In this document: piece by piece, positions 18,901 through 28,034 of the stretch
Numbering within the stretch: position 1 is the first letter of the stretch
How the letters are laid out: every line of letters begins with the position of its first letter
Position numbers and translations under genes: made by a program
Notes under the pieces: generated by a model
The model's input: the letters and a program-made list of their open reading frames with translations, nothing else
Told to the model about the DNA's origin: nothing
The model's database searches: none
DNA from: Polyangiaceae bacterium
GTDB taxonomy: Bacteria; Myxococcota_A; Polyangia; Polyangiales; Polyangiaceae
Direction of reading: 5' to 3'
Length of the DNA: 64,000 nt
Assembly: GCA_044376115.1 (NCBI GenBank)
Contig: JBILLK010000031.1
Span: forward strand, 59,231 to 123,230

Positions 18901-19959
18901 GCCGAGCAGCGCTTCCACGCGGGCGTCGCGACCGATGATGTCCCACAGCTTCGCCTCGAGTTCGCCCTCCAAGGTGGCGCCGCCCAAATCGAAGAGCACG
19001 GCTGCGACCACGCGACGCTCCGCGGCCTCTTTCTTCGGTGCGGGTGCGTCGGGGACGAGGTTGGGCGCGCGCATGAAGGCGCCGGTCTTGCGGATCGCCG
19101 AGGCCGAGCGGTCGGTGGTGGGCGGATCGTTGTTGAGCTCACCGACGCGAGCCAGCGCGCGCGCGAACTCGCCGGCGTTCTCGAAGCGGTCTTCACGCTT
19201 GCGGGCGATGGCCTGCAAGATCAGCTTGTCGAGCGCGTCGGGGACGTCGAAGCGCAGGGCTTGGGCGCTCGGCGGGTCTTCAATCACCAGGCGGCCCAAG
19301 AGCGCGACGATGTGCTCGGTCTCGAACACGTTGCGCGCGGTGATCAGCCGGAAAAGCGCAGCACCGAGCGAGTAGATATCGGCGCGCGCGTCCACCATCT
19401 CACCGCGAGCTTGCTCGGGTGCCATGAAGTGCGGCGTGCCCAAAATGGCGCCCTTGTCCTCGGCCATTTCTTCACCGGGGATGCGCACCACACCGAAGTC
19501 GATCAGCTTGACGTTGGCGCCTTTGCCTTCGATCAAGAAGATGTTGCCGAGCTTGAGATCGCGGTGAACGATGCCGCGGGCGTGCACCGCGGCGAGCGCC
19601 TGCGCCGAGCGCCGAATCACCTCGACGGCGTCGCGCATGCCGAGCGGGCTGTGCCGTTGGCGCTGCACCAAGTCTTCACCGTTCAGCCACTCCATCGCGA
19701 AAAACGGTCGGCCGTCGGGCAAGAGACCGTGATCGATGTACTCGACGATGTTGGGGTGACGGAGATCGGCGATGACGGCGATTTCACGCTGAAAGCGACG
19801 CCGTTCCACGCCGCTCGCCGACCCTCGCAAGACCTTGACCGCGACCTCGGCGCCGGTCTCGCGGTCGGTGGCTCGATACACGTCCCCCATACCGCCACCG
19901 CCGGCGCGGCCTTCTAGTACGAATCGATCCGTCTTACGGTCGAGCTCGGGTAGCCCCAC
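15985..19959 (-). CDS. Ser/Thr protein kinase + degenerate cyclase-like region + P-loop ATPase + TPR-like repeats
   Basis: GGGGMGDVY, VAVK, HRDLK, DFG and APE; Walker A GPPGIGKS, Walker B VFVDDAHWAD, GGNALFLEEL; helical C-terminus. Confidence 0.92.
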   Translation of the reverse strand: MGLPELDRKTDRFVLEGRAGGGGMGDVYRATDRETGAEVAVKVLRGSASGVERRRFQREIAVIADLRHPNIVEYIDHGLLPDGRPFFAMEWLNGEDLVQRQRHSPLGMRDAVEVIRRSAQALAAVHARGIVHRDLKLGNIFLIEGKGANVKLIDFGVVRIPGEEMAEDKGAILGTPHFMAPEQARGEMVDARADIYSLGAALFRLITARNVFETEHIVALLGRLVIEDPPSAQALRFDVPDALDKLILQAIARKREDRFENAGEFARALARVGELNNDPPTTDRSASAIRKTGAFMRAPNLVPDAPAPKKEAAERRVVAAVLFDLGGATLEGELEAKLWDIIGRDARVEALLGSRIVTMLGLTRSDGDEAIRAARAALMLTKALPSAKAVLATGHAIASPSNSRTRSTSLAAQALERAATQLEAVTAGSVRVDTSVIASLAGRFVLQEDPIGALLLREDTAGIGARLLLGRPTPTVGRDKELALLVSVYQELLDEGTPRAAIVTGPPGIGKSRVRQELITRVESSGLPPEVLIIRGDPMSQGSSLSCFGRALRAVLGVHDGESLEDQIAKVRQSLNFRLPKALRFLASFLAELLGVPFPDEADEPLRAARRSSQLMQARTRMALEALIRSQAELMPQLVFVDDAHWADETTMDLLDWLLGCPDLRFAVFAFARPEIATRFPGLWQNRNATRLALPPLSTKASERLIRAALPAADPKLQTSIVERAGGNALFLEELVRAADRGQDELPLTVQTLLQMRLDRMPKPIREVVRGASVLGPVFWTGAVSHLLERPTAEQLIELERLEVFNEQPQSRIAGETEWTFRHPLLRDAAYASILEEDRTEMHRAAATWLESKGDADVGLIAKHADAGEDFERAAALYARATRQALSAGAHLETALELADRGLNCGPPDELRAELMLAAAQARIPLGRLEDGVRAALDAGELSRPGSDRWAEAQCLAAQALIESGRSIEGDARAKAALESQTELSSATRAKLMAARVRGFVDLGQPREALKLADEALPLARMSQSSEALVRVLDARLFALMQLADPSEVVANGPSVIDVADTAGDVVLATRARLNTASSMNLLGLFEEARWLLDRALGDARDRRMRILEAFALHNLGMTEARLGLVDRGIEMQREAGKIADETGAARLRVHARVYEALLLLWRIGQARAEGHDIQESSDLAAAQALASFVEAEVRSLPALIPTARFVAAAVSYSRGEIGDALALAQEAVDLIRGQPVEEWEELTHLTLIETLLAVEDEAGANSALEAGFTAICDRARKIGRSEHRSAYLERIPEVHRIVELAKARLGKSLPFFASLPLRPPPKP

Positions 19960-20018
19960 AACTCGGGCAGCCTACTCGATATCCCCGGATTCGTCCTCGC
20001 ATCCTGTACGCTAGCCCC

Positions 20019-20423
20019 ATGTTTCGACCGAAGGTTGAACAGAGCTGGAGCCGCCTGCTCTTGGGCCTGGCACTTGCGACGGGTTGCGAGGCTGCCGACG
20101 GCCGCGAGTGTTTGCCGAAGGACTACATCGAATGCAGCTGCGTTTCGGGCGAACGCGGCTACGCGGTGTGCGATGACCTCGGCTCCGGCTACGGCGAATG
20201 CGGCTTTTGTGGCACGGTCCCGCCGGGAGCAGGGGGGCAGGGCGAAGGCGGCGGCTTGCTGGCGTTCATGTCCGAATGCGAGGCGGACTCCGAGTGTGAG
20301 ACCGAGCTTTGCTTCGAGTTCAACGCCAAGGGACCCCACTGTTCGCACCCATGCAGCAGCGATGCGGAGTGCGAAAGCCCCTCGCCGGGCTGCAACAAGA
20401 TGGGCGTATGCAAAGCACCTTGA
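20019..20423 (+). CDS. Small Cys-rich lipoprotein
   Basis: Lipobox ATGC; two Cys-rich modules; overlaps the start of the TonB receptor gene. Confidence 0.75.
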   Translation: MFRPKVEQSWSRLLLGLALATGCEAADGRECLPKDYIECSCVSGERGYAVCDDLGSGYGECGFCGTVPPGAGGQGEGGGLLAFMSECEADSECETELCFEFNAKGPHCSHPCSSDAECESPSPGCNKMGVCKAP

Positions 20424-22651
20424 GAGGCCTGGGAGTCGCGATCGGGCTGACGGCTGCGCAACCGCTGTGGGCCGAGGAGCCGAAGGTCGTCGCCACCGAG
20501 CCTTCCGCCGCTAACGCACCAGCCGCCGCCGATGCGCCTCCCGCCACCACCGCGAGCGTGGCTGCACAGTCGGCTGCGGCGGGCCAAGCCGAACCGATCG
20601 AGGTCGAGATCGTCGGGGACAAAGCCGAAGCGATTCAGAAGCTGCCCGGCTCCTTCCTCACGCTGCGGAGCGCCGAGATCCGAAACGCAGCCCCGCTCAA
20701 TACCGCCGAGTTATTGCGCCGCGTGCCGGGCCTGACGGTGCGTGAAGACACAGGCGGCGGTGGTCGCTTGGACATCGGCGTGCGCGGGCTCGATCCCGGG
20801 CGCAGTCGGCGTTTGCTGGTGCTCGAGGACGGCGTTCCGCTGGCGATCAACCCGTACGGCGAGCCCGATTTGTACTTCGTGCCGCAGGTCGAACGCTTCG
20901 AGAAGATCGAGGTGCTCAAGGGCAGTGGCAGCATCTTGTTCGGCCCGCAAACGCTTGGCGGCGTGGTGAACTTTCTTACGCACAGCGCGCCGTATTCGCT
21001 GTCGAGCTACGTGGGCGTCGAGGCCGGTGAGTTCGGTTATGTGCGCACGGTGGGTCGGGTAGGGACGGCCATCCCCGTCGACTATGGGGCGGAGCCGGTG
21101 CGCTTCGTTTCGCAGTTCGTTGCCAAACGCAGCGACGGAGCGCGCGATCAACCGTCGTCCGATCTCGACGGCTTTGCCAAGGTGGTGGTGCCGTTCTCGG
21201 AGCAAACGCGCGCAACGCTGAAGATCGCAGCGCACCGTGCTACCGCGCAGAGCGAGGACGTGGGGCTGCCTCGCGATCTTTTCGCCGCGCAGCCGGACCA
21301 CCCTGGGATGAGCCGGGCGAGCCGCTCGCAGCTGACGCGCTTCGATGCGTCGTTCGTGCTCGACGCCGATCTCGGGGAAGAGACGCGGCTCAAGACGCTG
21401 GTCTATGCGAGCCACACCGATCGGCAGTGGAGGCGGCAGCAGTATGACCGTTTCCCCGGAGCGAACGACGTAACCCGGACCTTCGGAGATACCCGCTTGC
21501 CGCTAGGGGCCATCTACTTTCGCGACGGCGCACGCTTGCTCGACCGTTCGTACTTCGTGTTTGGCGTCGAGCCGCGGCTGACCACCAACTTTCGCACGGG
21601 GGGCATCGCTCATACGCTCGACGCCGGTCTGCGCGTGCTGGGCGAAACCGCTTCCCTGGGCGATCACGAGACCGAGCGTGCGTACGGCGGTGGCAAGCTG
21701 ACCCTCGGGGAGCTCGAAGACCACGCTTCGCTCGGGCTGGCGGCGTATGTGCAAGACCGCATCTTGTTTCGCGATTGGCTGGTGGTGACACCAGGGGTTC
21801 GCTTCGAGCATGCGAGCTACTTACGTTCGCGCGAGCTCTCGGCTGGCGAGCCGGTCGAGGTCGCGGGCAGCGATTCGAACAACGCCGTGATTCCCGGGTT
21901 GGGCCTGACGATGGGTGTTCCGCGAGCGCACGGCTTCGCTGGGATGCACCTCGGCTATGCGCCGCCGCGTGCGACCGAGGCCATCTCCGATGCAGGAGCG
22001 AGCCAGCTGCTCTCGCCGGAACGCAGCACCAACTGGGAGCTCGGCGTGCGCACCAAACCACTGGACGCCTTCAGCGCCGACGTCGTGTTCTTCCTCGACG
22101 AGTTCTCCAACCAAGTGGTGCCGAACACCTCGCTCGACGGTACCACCGAGCTCGTGAACGGCGGACGTACGCGCAGTTTTGGCGGCGAAGCGAGCTCTAC
22201 GTTGCGGCTCGGCGAGCTCGCCGATTTGCCGTTCGCGATCGACCTCACAGGTCGCGTGGGCGTGCTCGAGGCACGCTTCGTCGACGGTACACGGGACGGT
22301 AAGGCGCTACCGTATGCGCCGTCTTCCACCGCCTCCGGACTGCTCGATATCGATACGCCGCTCGGGCTCGGGGCAGGGTTGTCGATGACCTACCAAGGCT
22401 CGATGTTCGCCGACGATGCGAACACGGTGCAGCCGGACGCCAGTGGTCGCGTGGGCCTGATCGATCCGTACCTGTTGCTCGATGTGAACGCGCGCTTCCG
22501 CGAACGGTCGAGCGGGGTGGGGGCGACGCTGGCCGTCAAGAACCTGCTCGACCGTCCGGTCGTGGTGTCGCGTAGGCCGGAGGGCATCTGGAGCACCGGC
22601 TTTCGACAGATCGTGGTGGGCCTGAGCTACGCCTACGATCGCACGCCGTGA
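20408..22651 (+). CDS. TonB-dependent receptor (FecA-like)
   Basis: Plug motifs LRRVPG, IGVRGL..RS..LLVLEDGVP and IEVLKG...L.GPQTLGGVVNF; barrel strands TPGVRFE and PERSTNWELG; start 20408 (or TTG 20420). Confidence 0.93.
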   Translation: MQSTLRGLGVAIGLTAAQPLWAEEPKVVATEPSAANAPAAADAPPATTASVAAQSAAAGQAEPIEVEIVGDKAEAIQKLPGSFLTLRSAEIRNAAPLNTAELLRRVPGLTVREDTGGGGRLDIGVRGLDPGRSRRLLVLEDGVPLAINPYGEPDLYFVPQVERFEKIEVLKGSGSILFGPQTLGGVVNFLTHSAPYSLSSYVGVEAGEFGYVRTVGRVGTAIPVDYGAEPVRFVSQFVAKRSDGARDQPSSDLDGFAKVVVPFSEQTRATLKIAAHRATAQSEDVGLPRDLFAAQPDHPGMSRASRSQLTRFDASFVLDADLGEETRLKTLVYASHTDRQWRRQQYDRFPGANDVTRTFGDTRLPLGAIYFRDGARLLDRSYFVFGVEPRLTTNFRTGGIAHTLDAGLRVLGETASLGDHETERAYGGGKLTLGELEDHASLGLAAYVQDRILFRDWLVVTPGVRFEHASYLRSRELSAGEPVEVAGSDSNNAVIPGLGLTMGVPRAHGFAGMHLGYAPPRATEAISDAGASQLLSPERSTNWELGVRTKPLDAFSADVVFFLDEFSNQVVPNTSLDGTTELVNGGRTRSFGGEASSTLRLGELADLPFAIDLTGRVGVLEARFVDGTRDGKALPYAPSSTASGLLDIDTPLGLGAGLSMTYQGSMFADDANTVQPDASGRVGLIDPYLLLDVNARFRERSSGVGATLAVKNLLDRPVVVSRRPEGIWSTGFRQIVVGLSYAYDRTP

Positions 22652-22727
22652 GCTCGGTCACGTCGGGGCGCGCCATGTCGCCGATTGTCCTACCCCTCCG
22701 GTCGCTGCAGTGCTAGGGCATTGGCCC

Positions 22728-23036
22728 ATGAAGCAGCTCTTCTCGGTCGCGCTTTTGGCCAGCCTGGTACTGACCGGTTGTTCATCTCTGGCGCGGGGAG
22801 GAGCGGCGGGAGCCGCCCGGTCTTCCGCGGATGAAACGGCTGAGGAAGATGAAGGCTTCATCGCGCTAGCGCCTTCGCAGGCTCAACCGCCGGGCCAGAC
22901 CGACGTTGCGTGGGAAGACAACGGCATCCCGATTCGTCAGCTGGTTGGCCCCGGTAAACCGCACGAGATGAAGGCGGGGGACGCTTCCAAGATTCAGAAG
23001 AAGCCCCAGAAGCCCGCCACTGCGCCTGCCAAGTAA
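22728..23036 (+). CDS. Small hypothetical lipoprotein
   Basis: MKQLFSVALLASLVLTGC lipobox. Confidence 0.7.
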   Translation: MKQLFSVALLASLVLTGCSSLARGGAAGAARSSADETAEEDEGFIALAPSQAQPPGQTDVAWEDNGIPIRQLVGPGKPHEMKAGDASKIQKKPQKPATAPAK

Positions 23037-23123
23037 CAGGCTCTTGGCAGCCGGATTGCGGCTCGACCTGGGAACAACTGCCGTCCCTTTGGCGTCCTTG
23101 GGTTACCCTACCTCGAGGCACTG

Positions 23124-24986
23124 ATGCGTTGCCCCGCCTGCAAGGATCTCTTCGATCTCCGCGACGTCAAGTACTGCCCGACCTGCGGAGCAGCGTTGTT
23201 CGTGCTCGGCCAAGATCTGTTGCTCGGGCAAACCGTCGGTGGTCGCTACAAGATCAACAGCCTGATCGCCGAGGGCGGTATGGGCCGGGTTTACCTGGCC
23301 GAACAGGTCCTGGGCGGAGTCAGCCGGAAGATCGCGATCAAGGTCCTGCTCTCCGATATCTCGATGCGCGATCAGGACTCGAAGCGGTTCGAGCGTGAGT
23401 GCCGCACGGTCGCGGAGCTCGAGCACCCCAACACCATCAAGTTCTTCGACTTCGGGCAGACCGACGACGGGGACCTGTTCATCGCGATGGAGTTTTTGAG
23501 CGGCCAATCGCTCGCCCAGATCCTGAAGAACGGACCGCTATTTCCCGAGCGCGTCGATCTGATCCTGGGGCAAATCTGCGGCTCGCTCCAAGAGGCGCAC
23601 GACCGCGGCATCATCCATCGCGATCTCAAGCCGGACAACATCATCATCACCTCGCCCGGTGGGGCGCCCGACTTCGTGAAGGTGCTCGATTTCGGCATCG
23701 CCAAGCGCACCGGCGGCCGCGATCCGAAGCTGACGCCGCTCGGCGTCGTGCTCGGTTCCCCGCCATACATGAGCCCGGAGCAGTTCACGATGCAGGACAT
23801 CGACGCGAAGAGCGACATCTACTCGCTCGGCGTGGTGGCTTATCAGCTGCTCACCGGCCAGCTGCCGTTCAACGCCAACGATCCGATCGAATGGGCGGCC
23901 CTTCACATGGGCGTTCAACCGACGCCGATCGAGGCTCACGGCGTGACCCTCCCAAAGACGATGGCCGCTGCAATCCATCGCGCGCTATCGAAGGACCTGC
24001 ACGCAAGGCCGGCAAGCATGCGTGATTTCTACTCGCAGCTGACGATCGGCGTCGGATCGCTGTTGCCGGGGCGCGCCTCTTCGATGATGCCGCTCAGCCC
24101 CTCGCAGATCCCGCTACCGCCGCGAGCCAACTCGCGCTCGTCGGTGGGGCCTGACAGCGACGACGTCGGGACCCGAGTTCGTGAGCCTTCGGAGGATGAA
24201 GAGGGGCCGCCGACCGAGGTCAAAGTTCCGCGTAGCGCCGAGACGATCGAAGCCCCGGGGCTCTACTCCGAAGCATCCTCGTCGTACGCGCCAGGGCTTG
24301 GTCGCTCGCAGCCGGAGTTGCCAGCCTTCTCTTCGGGCTCCGGGATCGCCAGCGCCCCGCAGATCTCGTTTCATGAGGTGAGCCAACCGGACTTGTCGGC
24401 GTTCCATTCGGAGAGCCAGCCCGGTTCCGCCTTGAGTTCCACGCGTGCGGTGCGGTCGGGAAAAGGCACCTTGGTGATGGCGGCAAGCGAGCCGCCTCCG
24501 GCGCGAGGCCGCTTGACGATGCCGGATCTGATGCCGCCGACGGTGCGCGATCCATCGGCGATGATGGCCGAGGTGCGCGGCTCGCGTTCGATCCTGTGGG
24601 TCGCGCTTGGGTTGATTCTGCTCGGGGCCTTGGCCAGCGCTGGGTTGTGGCTGTTCTGGCTGCGCCCAGCGGCGAAGTCGGAGCAGAAGCGCAAGGCCCC
24701 AGCGTCGGCTTCGGCCGCTGCATCGCTGCCGAGCAGCGAGGTGCTTCCGGGTGCGCCGGTCTATCCTCCGGTGCCTGCCAAGACGTCTGCTCCGGTGACG
24801 GCCACGACGTTGAGCGCAGCGCCCTCGAGCTCGGCGCCGAAGGCGGCGAGCCCGTGTCAAACGGCGATCTTTCGGGCGGTAAGCGGCGATTGTGAGCTGG
24901 CCCAGCGAGCCTTTGCGCGCTGCGAGAGCGACAGCCCCTATCGCGCAAGCGCGACGCGAGCTGTCACTGGGCTCTGCGCCCGTTAG
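23124..24986 (+). CDS. Membrane Ser/Thr protein kinase with N-terminal zinc ribbon
   Basis: CPAC..CPTC; AEGGMGRVY, IAIK, HRDLKPDN, DFG and YMSPE; one TM helix near residue 495. Confidence 0.92.
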   Translation: MRCPACKDLFDLRDVKYCPTCGAALFVLGQDLLLGQTVGGRYKINSLIAEGGMGRVYLAEQVLGGVSRKIAIKVLLSDISMRDQDSKRFERECRTVAELEHPNTIKFFDFGQTDDGDLFIAMEFLSGQSLAQILKNGPLFPERVDLILGQICGSLQEAHDRGIIHRDLKPDNIIITSPGGAPDFVKVLDFGIAKRTGGRDPKLTPLGVVLGSPPYMSPEQFTMQDIDAKSDIYSLGVVAYQLLTGQLPFNANDPIEWAALHMGVQPTPIEAHGVTLPKTMAAAIHRALSKDLHARPASMRDFYSQLTIGVGSLLPGRASSMMPLSPSQIPLPPRANSRSSVGPDSDDVGTRVREPSEDEEGPPTEVKVPRSAETIEAPGLYSEASSSYAPGLGRSQPELPAFSSGSGIASAPQISFHEVSQPDLSAFHSESQPGSALSSTRAVRSGKGTLVMAASEPPPARGRLTMPDLMPPTVRDPSAMMAEVRGSRSILWVALGLILLGALASAGLWLFWLRPAAKSEQKRKAPASASAAASLPSSEVLPGAPVYPPVPAKTSAPVTATTLSAAPSSSAPKAASPCQTAIFRAVSGDCELAQRAFARCESDSPYRASATRAVTGLCAR

Positions 24987-27883
24987 CTCGAGCGCCGGCG
25001 GCGGCGAGCCGCGGCTGCCAGCGCGATAGCGGCCAGCGCCGAAAGACCGCCACGTTCGCTCGATTGGCCTGCGCTGCGACAGTCGCAGCCGCCGTCGTCG
25101 CGTTGATTCTCGGTGCCATCGCCTCCGCTGCTGGAACTGCCGCCTGTGTCACCGGCTCCGCTGCCACTGCCGCCCTCGCAGCCTCCGCCCGCTCCCGTGC
25201 TGGCGCACGGATCGACCGGCGGCGCCTCGAGCGCTACGAGGCAAACGTCGTCGAGCGTCCAACCGCCCATCTCGAGCCCTTGGTCGCTGGTGAGCACGAA
25301 GTGAACCTGGCCGCTGCTTTGTCCGGCCAGCTTTTCGCTCAGATCGACGTCGTGGAAACGCCATTCCTTGTCGCGGTGATGCGTATTCGAATCCGTCCCG
25401 TCCTCGCTATCGAGGTTCTGCCAAACGGGCTCTTCACCAACCAAGATTTGCGCTTGATCGAAGTGGCCGTCTTCCACGTTGAGCCAGCGCCGATATTGAA
25501 GATGGATGTTGGTGTAGCCCTGCAGATCAACCACTGGGCTCGAGGCGAAGTTGGTTTTTTCTGGTTGGTAGAGGCCGTTGTAGTTCGACTCGACCGAGAG
25601 ATCGTTGCCGAAGGCCTTGTCGCCGGAGAAGGCGAGGGGAGGGTCACCGTTGATGAAGGTCCCGTTCGGCTCGGCCCAAACCCAATCATCCGCGCCTTCG
25701 ATATCTTCACCCTCGAGCAAGCCATGCACCCAGCCGTCATCGGCGGGGTCGGTCTCGAAGTTGGTGCAGTAAAGCGGCACGACCTTCCCCACGAACATCT
25801 CGTACTCGGGATCAGCGGCGTTGTCGGGGAAGGCGAGCGTGCGGTCTGCTAGCTCGACCTCGACGCGATACTTGAGCACGGTATTTTCGGGGACCGACGG
25901 CAAGGTACCGAGCAGCTTGGTGCCGTTCATCGTCATCGAGCTGCTGCCGTCGAGCGCGCTACCCGCGCGATCGCGGAAACTGAGGGTGCCGCCTACGATC
26001 TCCTCTCCGGGGCACTCGGGGAAGAGGCCGGTCAGCTCCACCGCGACTTCGTAGCCTTGCTCGGATACGGCGGCGACGCCGAGCGACGAGGTCTTGGTCC
26101 CAATGGCCTGCAGGCCGTGTCGATTGAAGGCCTCGTTGATCGCACAAACGTTGGGTGTGCCGTTGGTCACGTCGCCATCGTCGTCGTCGGCTGCAAGGAC
26201 CTCCACGTACATGGTGGGGATGTCGGTGGCGCGACGGATCGCCTGGTAGTAGAGCTCGTCGCTGGTCGCTGCGCCCTCGCTTGCGCCGAGAGAATCGATC
26301 AGGTTCTTGCGCATGTCCCACAGCGCCTGCCCGATGATCAAGCCGTCGTGGTGAACCTCCCCGTTCAGGTCCTCCGGCCAGCGGTTCTCCTGCCCATTGG
26401 GATCGAGGTGACGCAGCGGTGAGGCGTTGAGGAAGAAGCCGCGTGCAGTCGCCGGATCCCCGGTGATGGTCGCGGAGAGATAGTCCGAGACGCCTTCCGA
26501 CAACGCTCCATCGAAGGCACCCACGCCCTCGATGATGGCCTGCGCGTGAATCGAGTGGCCGTACTCGTGGTAGACCACGTCGGCGATCCGTCCGGTGTTT
26601 TCGCAGCCGCCGCCCAACGAGTAGAAGTTGATGGTGGTGCCGTCGGAGAAGGCGTTGCACTGCTCGGCAATGTTGACGGTGGCGCTGATCTGGTTGTTGA
26701 GAAAGCCGAGATTCGGTGCGAAGCCCTTGGCGAAGGTGCGCACGCGCTCGGCGTGGATGAAGGTCGTCAGCTGGGCGTCCAACGCGGGGTCTTGGCTTTG
26801 GTCCCACACGAAGGGCGAGGCGTCGTTCAAGGTGGTGAGCAGCGTCGCTTCGGCCCCGGCGTCGTTGAAGATGCGCACGCGCGGGCCGGTGAGAAAGAGC
26901 TCGACGTCGGTGCTCGGGCCGGTGGCCCAGGTGACATTGCCGTTGACGTTGGTCTGCGCGCTCGCGCCTTCCACGTTGACGTTGGCCAGCACGGCGGGGA
27001 GGTCGATGCGCTCGCCAAAGCTCGGTGAACGCAGCGGAACACGGAACAGCACCGGCGCCGAGGCGAAGTGCAAGAGCGACCGGCGGAGCAGCGGTTGCCC
27101 CGAGACCAGATCCACGGCGACGCTATACTTGCCGGTGATTTCGCTGGTCGTGACCTCGACCAAGACGGCGCGCGCGAAGCGCAAACGACCGCGAGCATCG
27201 CGGTAAGGGACGATCAACTCGGCGCTCGGTTCACCTGCGACCGCTGAACCGAAGTCGCTGGTAACCCAGGAAAGAGCGGCCTTCTTCGCGTCGTCGTTCG
27301 AGACGACCGGCGCCGACGAAAGATCCGGTACGTGGGCGTACGCCTCACTGCCGATCACATACAGCCGATCGTTCTTGTAGCGAAAGCTCACCTGACCGCC
27401 GCTGACGGTGCGCCCGTTCTTGGTCTGGCGGAAACCGAGGCTGCGGATGTCCGCGTCCAGATCGTTGGCGACGAGCTCGAAGTCCTCCAGCTTTGCGCCG
27501 GGCGAAAGCAGCGCCACGTGACGCTCGAGCACGCTGCGTGCGTGGGCGAGCGCGACGTTGCCGTCGTTTACCGAGTTCGGCACCTGCACGCCGGGCCCAA
27601 AAAGCCGGCTGGGCACGCGACGAACGCGATCGAAGCCAGCCCGCCAACCCTCACCGAACTCCGCGCGAAACAAGCGGAACGGCTCGACCAAGCGCGCCGG
27701 CGGCTGGTCCCAGTCGATGGTTCCGCGCGCGGCCGCGGAGCGCGGAGTCTGGGCGCTCGCTTGGTAAAGCTCGATCGCCGGGCGCGTATCCACCTCCGCT
27801 TGCGGCTGGATCGCGTGACCCGGAGAGGCCGAAAGTGCGAGCACGAGAGCGAGCGCTGAACCTGCGAGCTGGGATTTCCGCAT
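24983..27883 (-). CDS. Secreted M4/M36-like zinc metallopeptidase with MYXO-CTERM-like tail
   Basis: Signal peptide, propeptide-like region, HEYGH, ALSEGVSD, EVH; C-terminal GGCDC...ALAAIALAAAARRRRR. Confidence 0.88.
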   Translation of the reverse strand: MRKSQLAGSALALVLALSASPGHAIQPQAEVDTRPAIELYQASAQTPRSAAARGTIDWDQPPARLVEPFRLFRAEFGEGWRAGFDRVRRVPSRLFGPGVQVPNSVNDGNVALAHARSVLERHVALLSPGAKLEDFELVANDLDADIRSLGFRQTKNGRTVSGGQVSFRYKNDRLYVIGSEAYAHVPDLSSAPVVSNDDAKKAALSWVTSDFGSAVAGEPSAELIVPYRDARGRLRFARAVLVEVTTSEITGKYSVAVDLVSGQPLLRRSLLHFASAPVLFRVPLRSPSFGERIDLPAVLANVNVEGASAQTNVNGNVTWATGPSTDVELFLTGPRVRIFNDAGAEATLLTTLNDASPFVWDQSQDPALDAQLTTFIHAERVRTFAKGFAPNLGFLNNQISATVNIAEQCNAFSDGTTINFYSLGGGCENTGRIADVVYHEYGHSIHAQAIIEGVGAFDGALSEGVSDYLSATITGDPATARGFFLNASPLRHLDPNGQENRWPEDLNGEVHHDGLIIGQALWDMRKNLIDSLGASEGAATSDELYYQAIRRATDIPTMYVEVLAADDDDGDVTNGTPNVCAINEAFNRHGLQAIGTKTSSLGVAAVSEQGYEVAVELTGLFPECPGEEIVGGTLSFRDRAGSALDGSSSMTMNGTKLLGTLPSVPENTVLKYRVEVELADRTLAFPDNAADPEYEMFVGKVVPLYCTNFETDPADDGWVHGLLEGEDIEGADDWVWAEPNGTFINGDPPLAFSGDKAFGNDLSVESNYNGLYQPEKTNFASSPVVDLQGYTNIHLQYRRWLNVEDGHFDQAQILVGEEPVWQNLDSEDGTDSNTHHRDKEWRFHDVDLSEKLAGQSSGQVHFVLTSDQGLEMGGWTLDDVCLVALEAPPVDPCASTGAGGGCEGGSGSGAGDTGGSSSSGGDGTENQRDDGGCDCRSAGQSSERGGLSALAAIALAAAARRRRRSS

Positions 27884-28034
27884 GCCGTTCCGTTACATCG
27901 CTGCAAGGCTGGGGCAATCCCGGTAGTTGCCTGGCCACCCTTTTGATCATGCTTGAGTTTTCTTGACGCACTGCGGCCGGAGGGAGCCTCTGGCCTTGGT
28001 TGAAGAGTCGAGCAACGTCCAGTACAGCTGAAGC

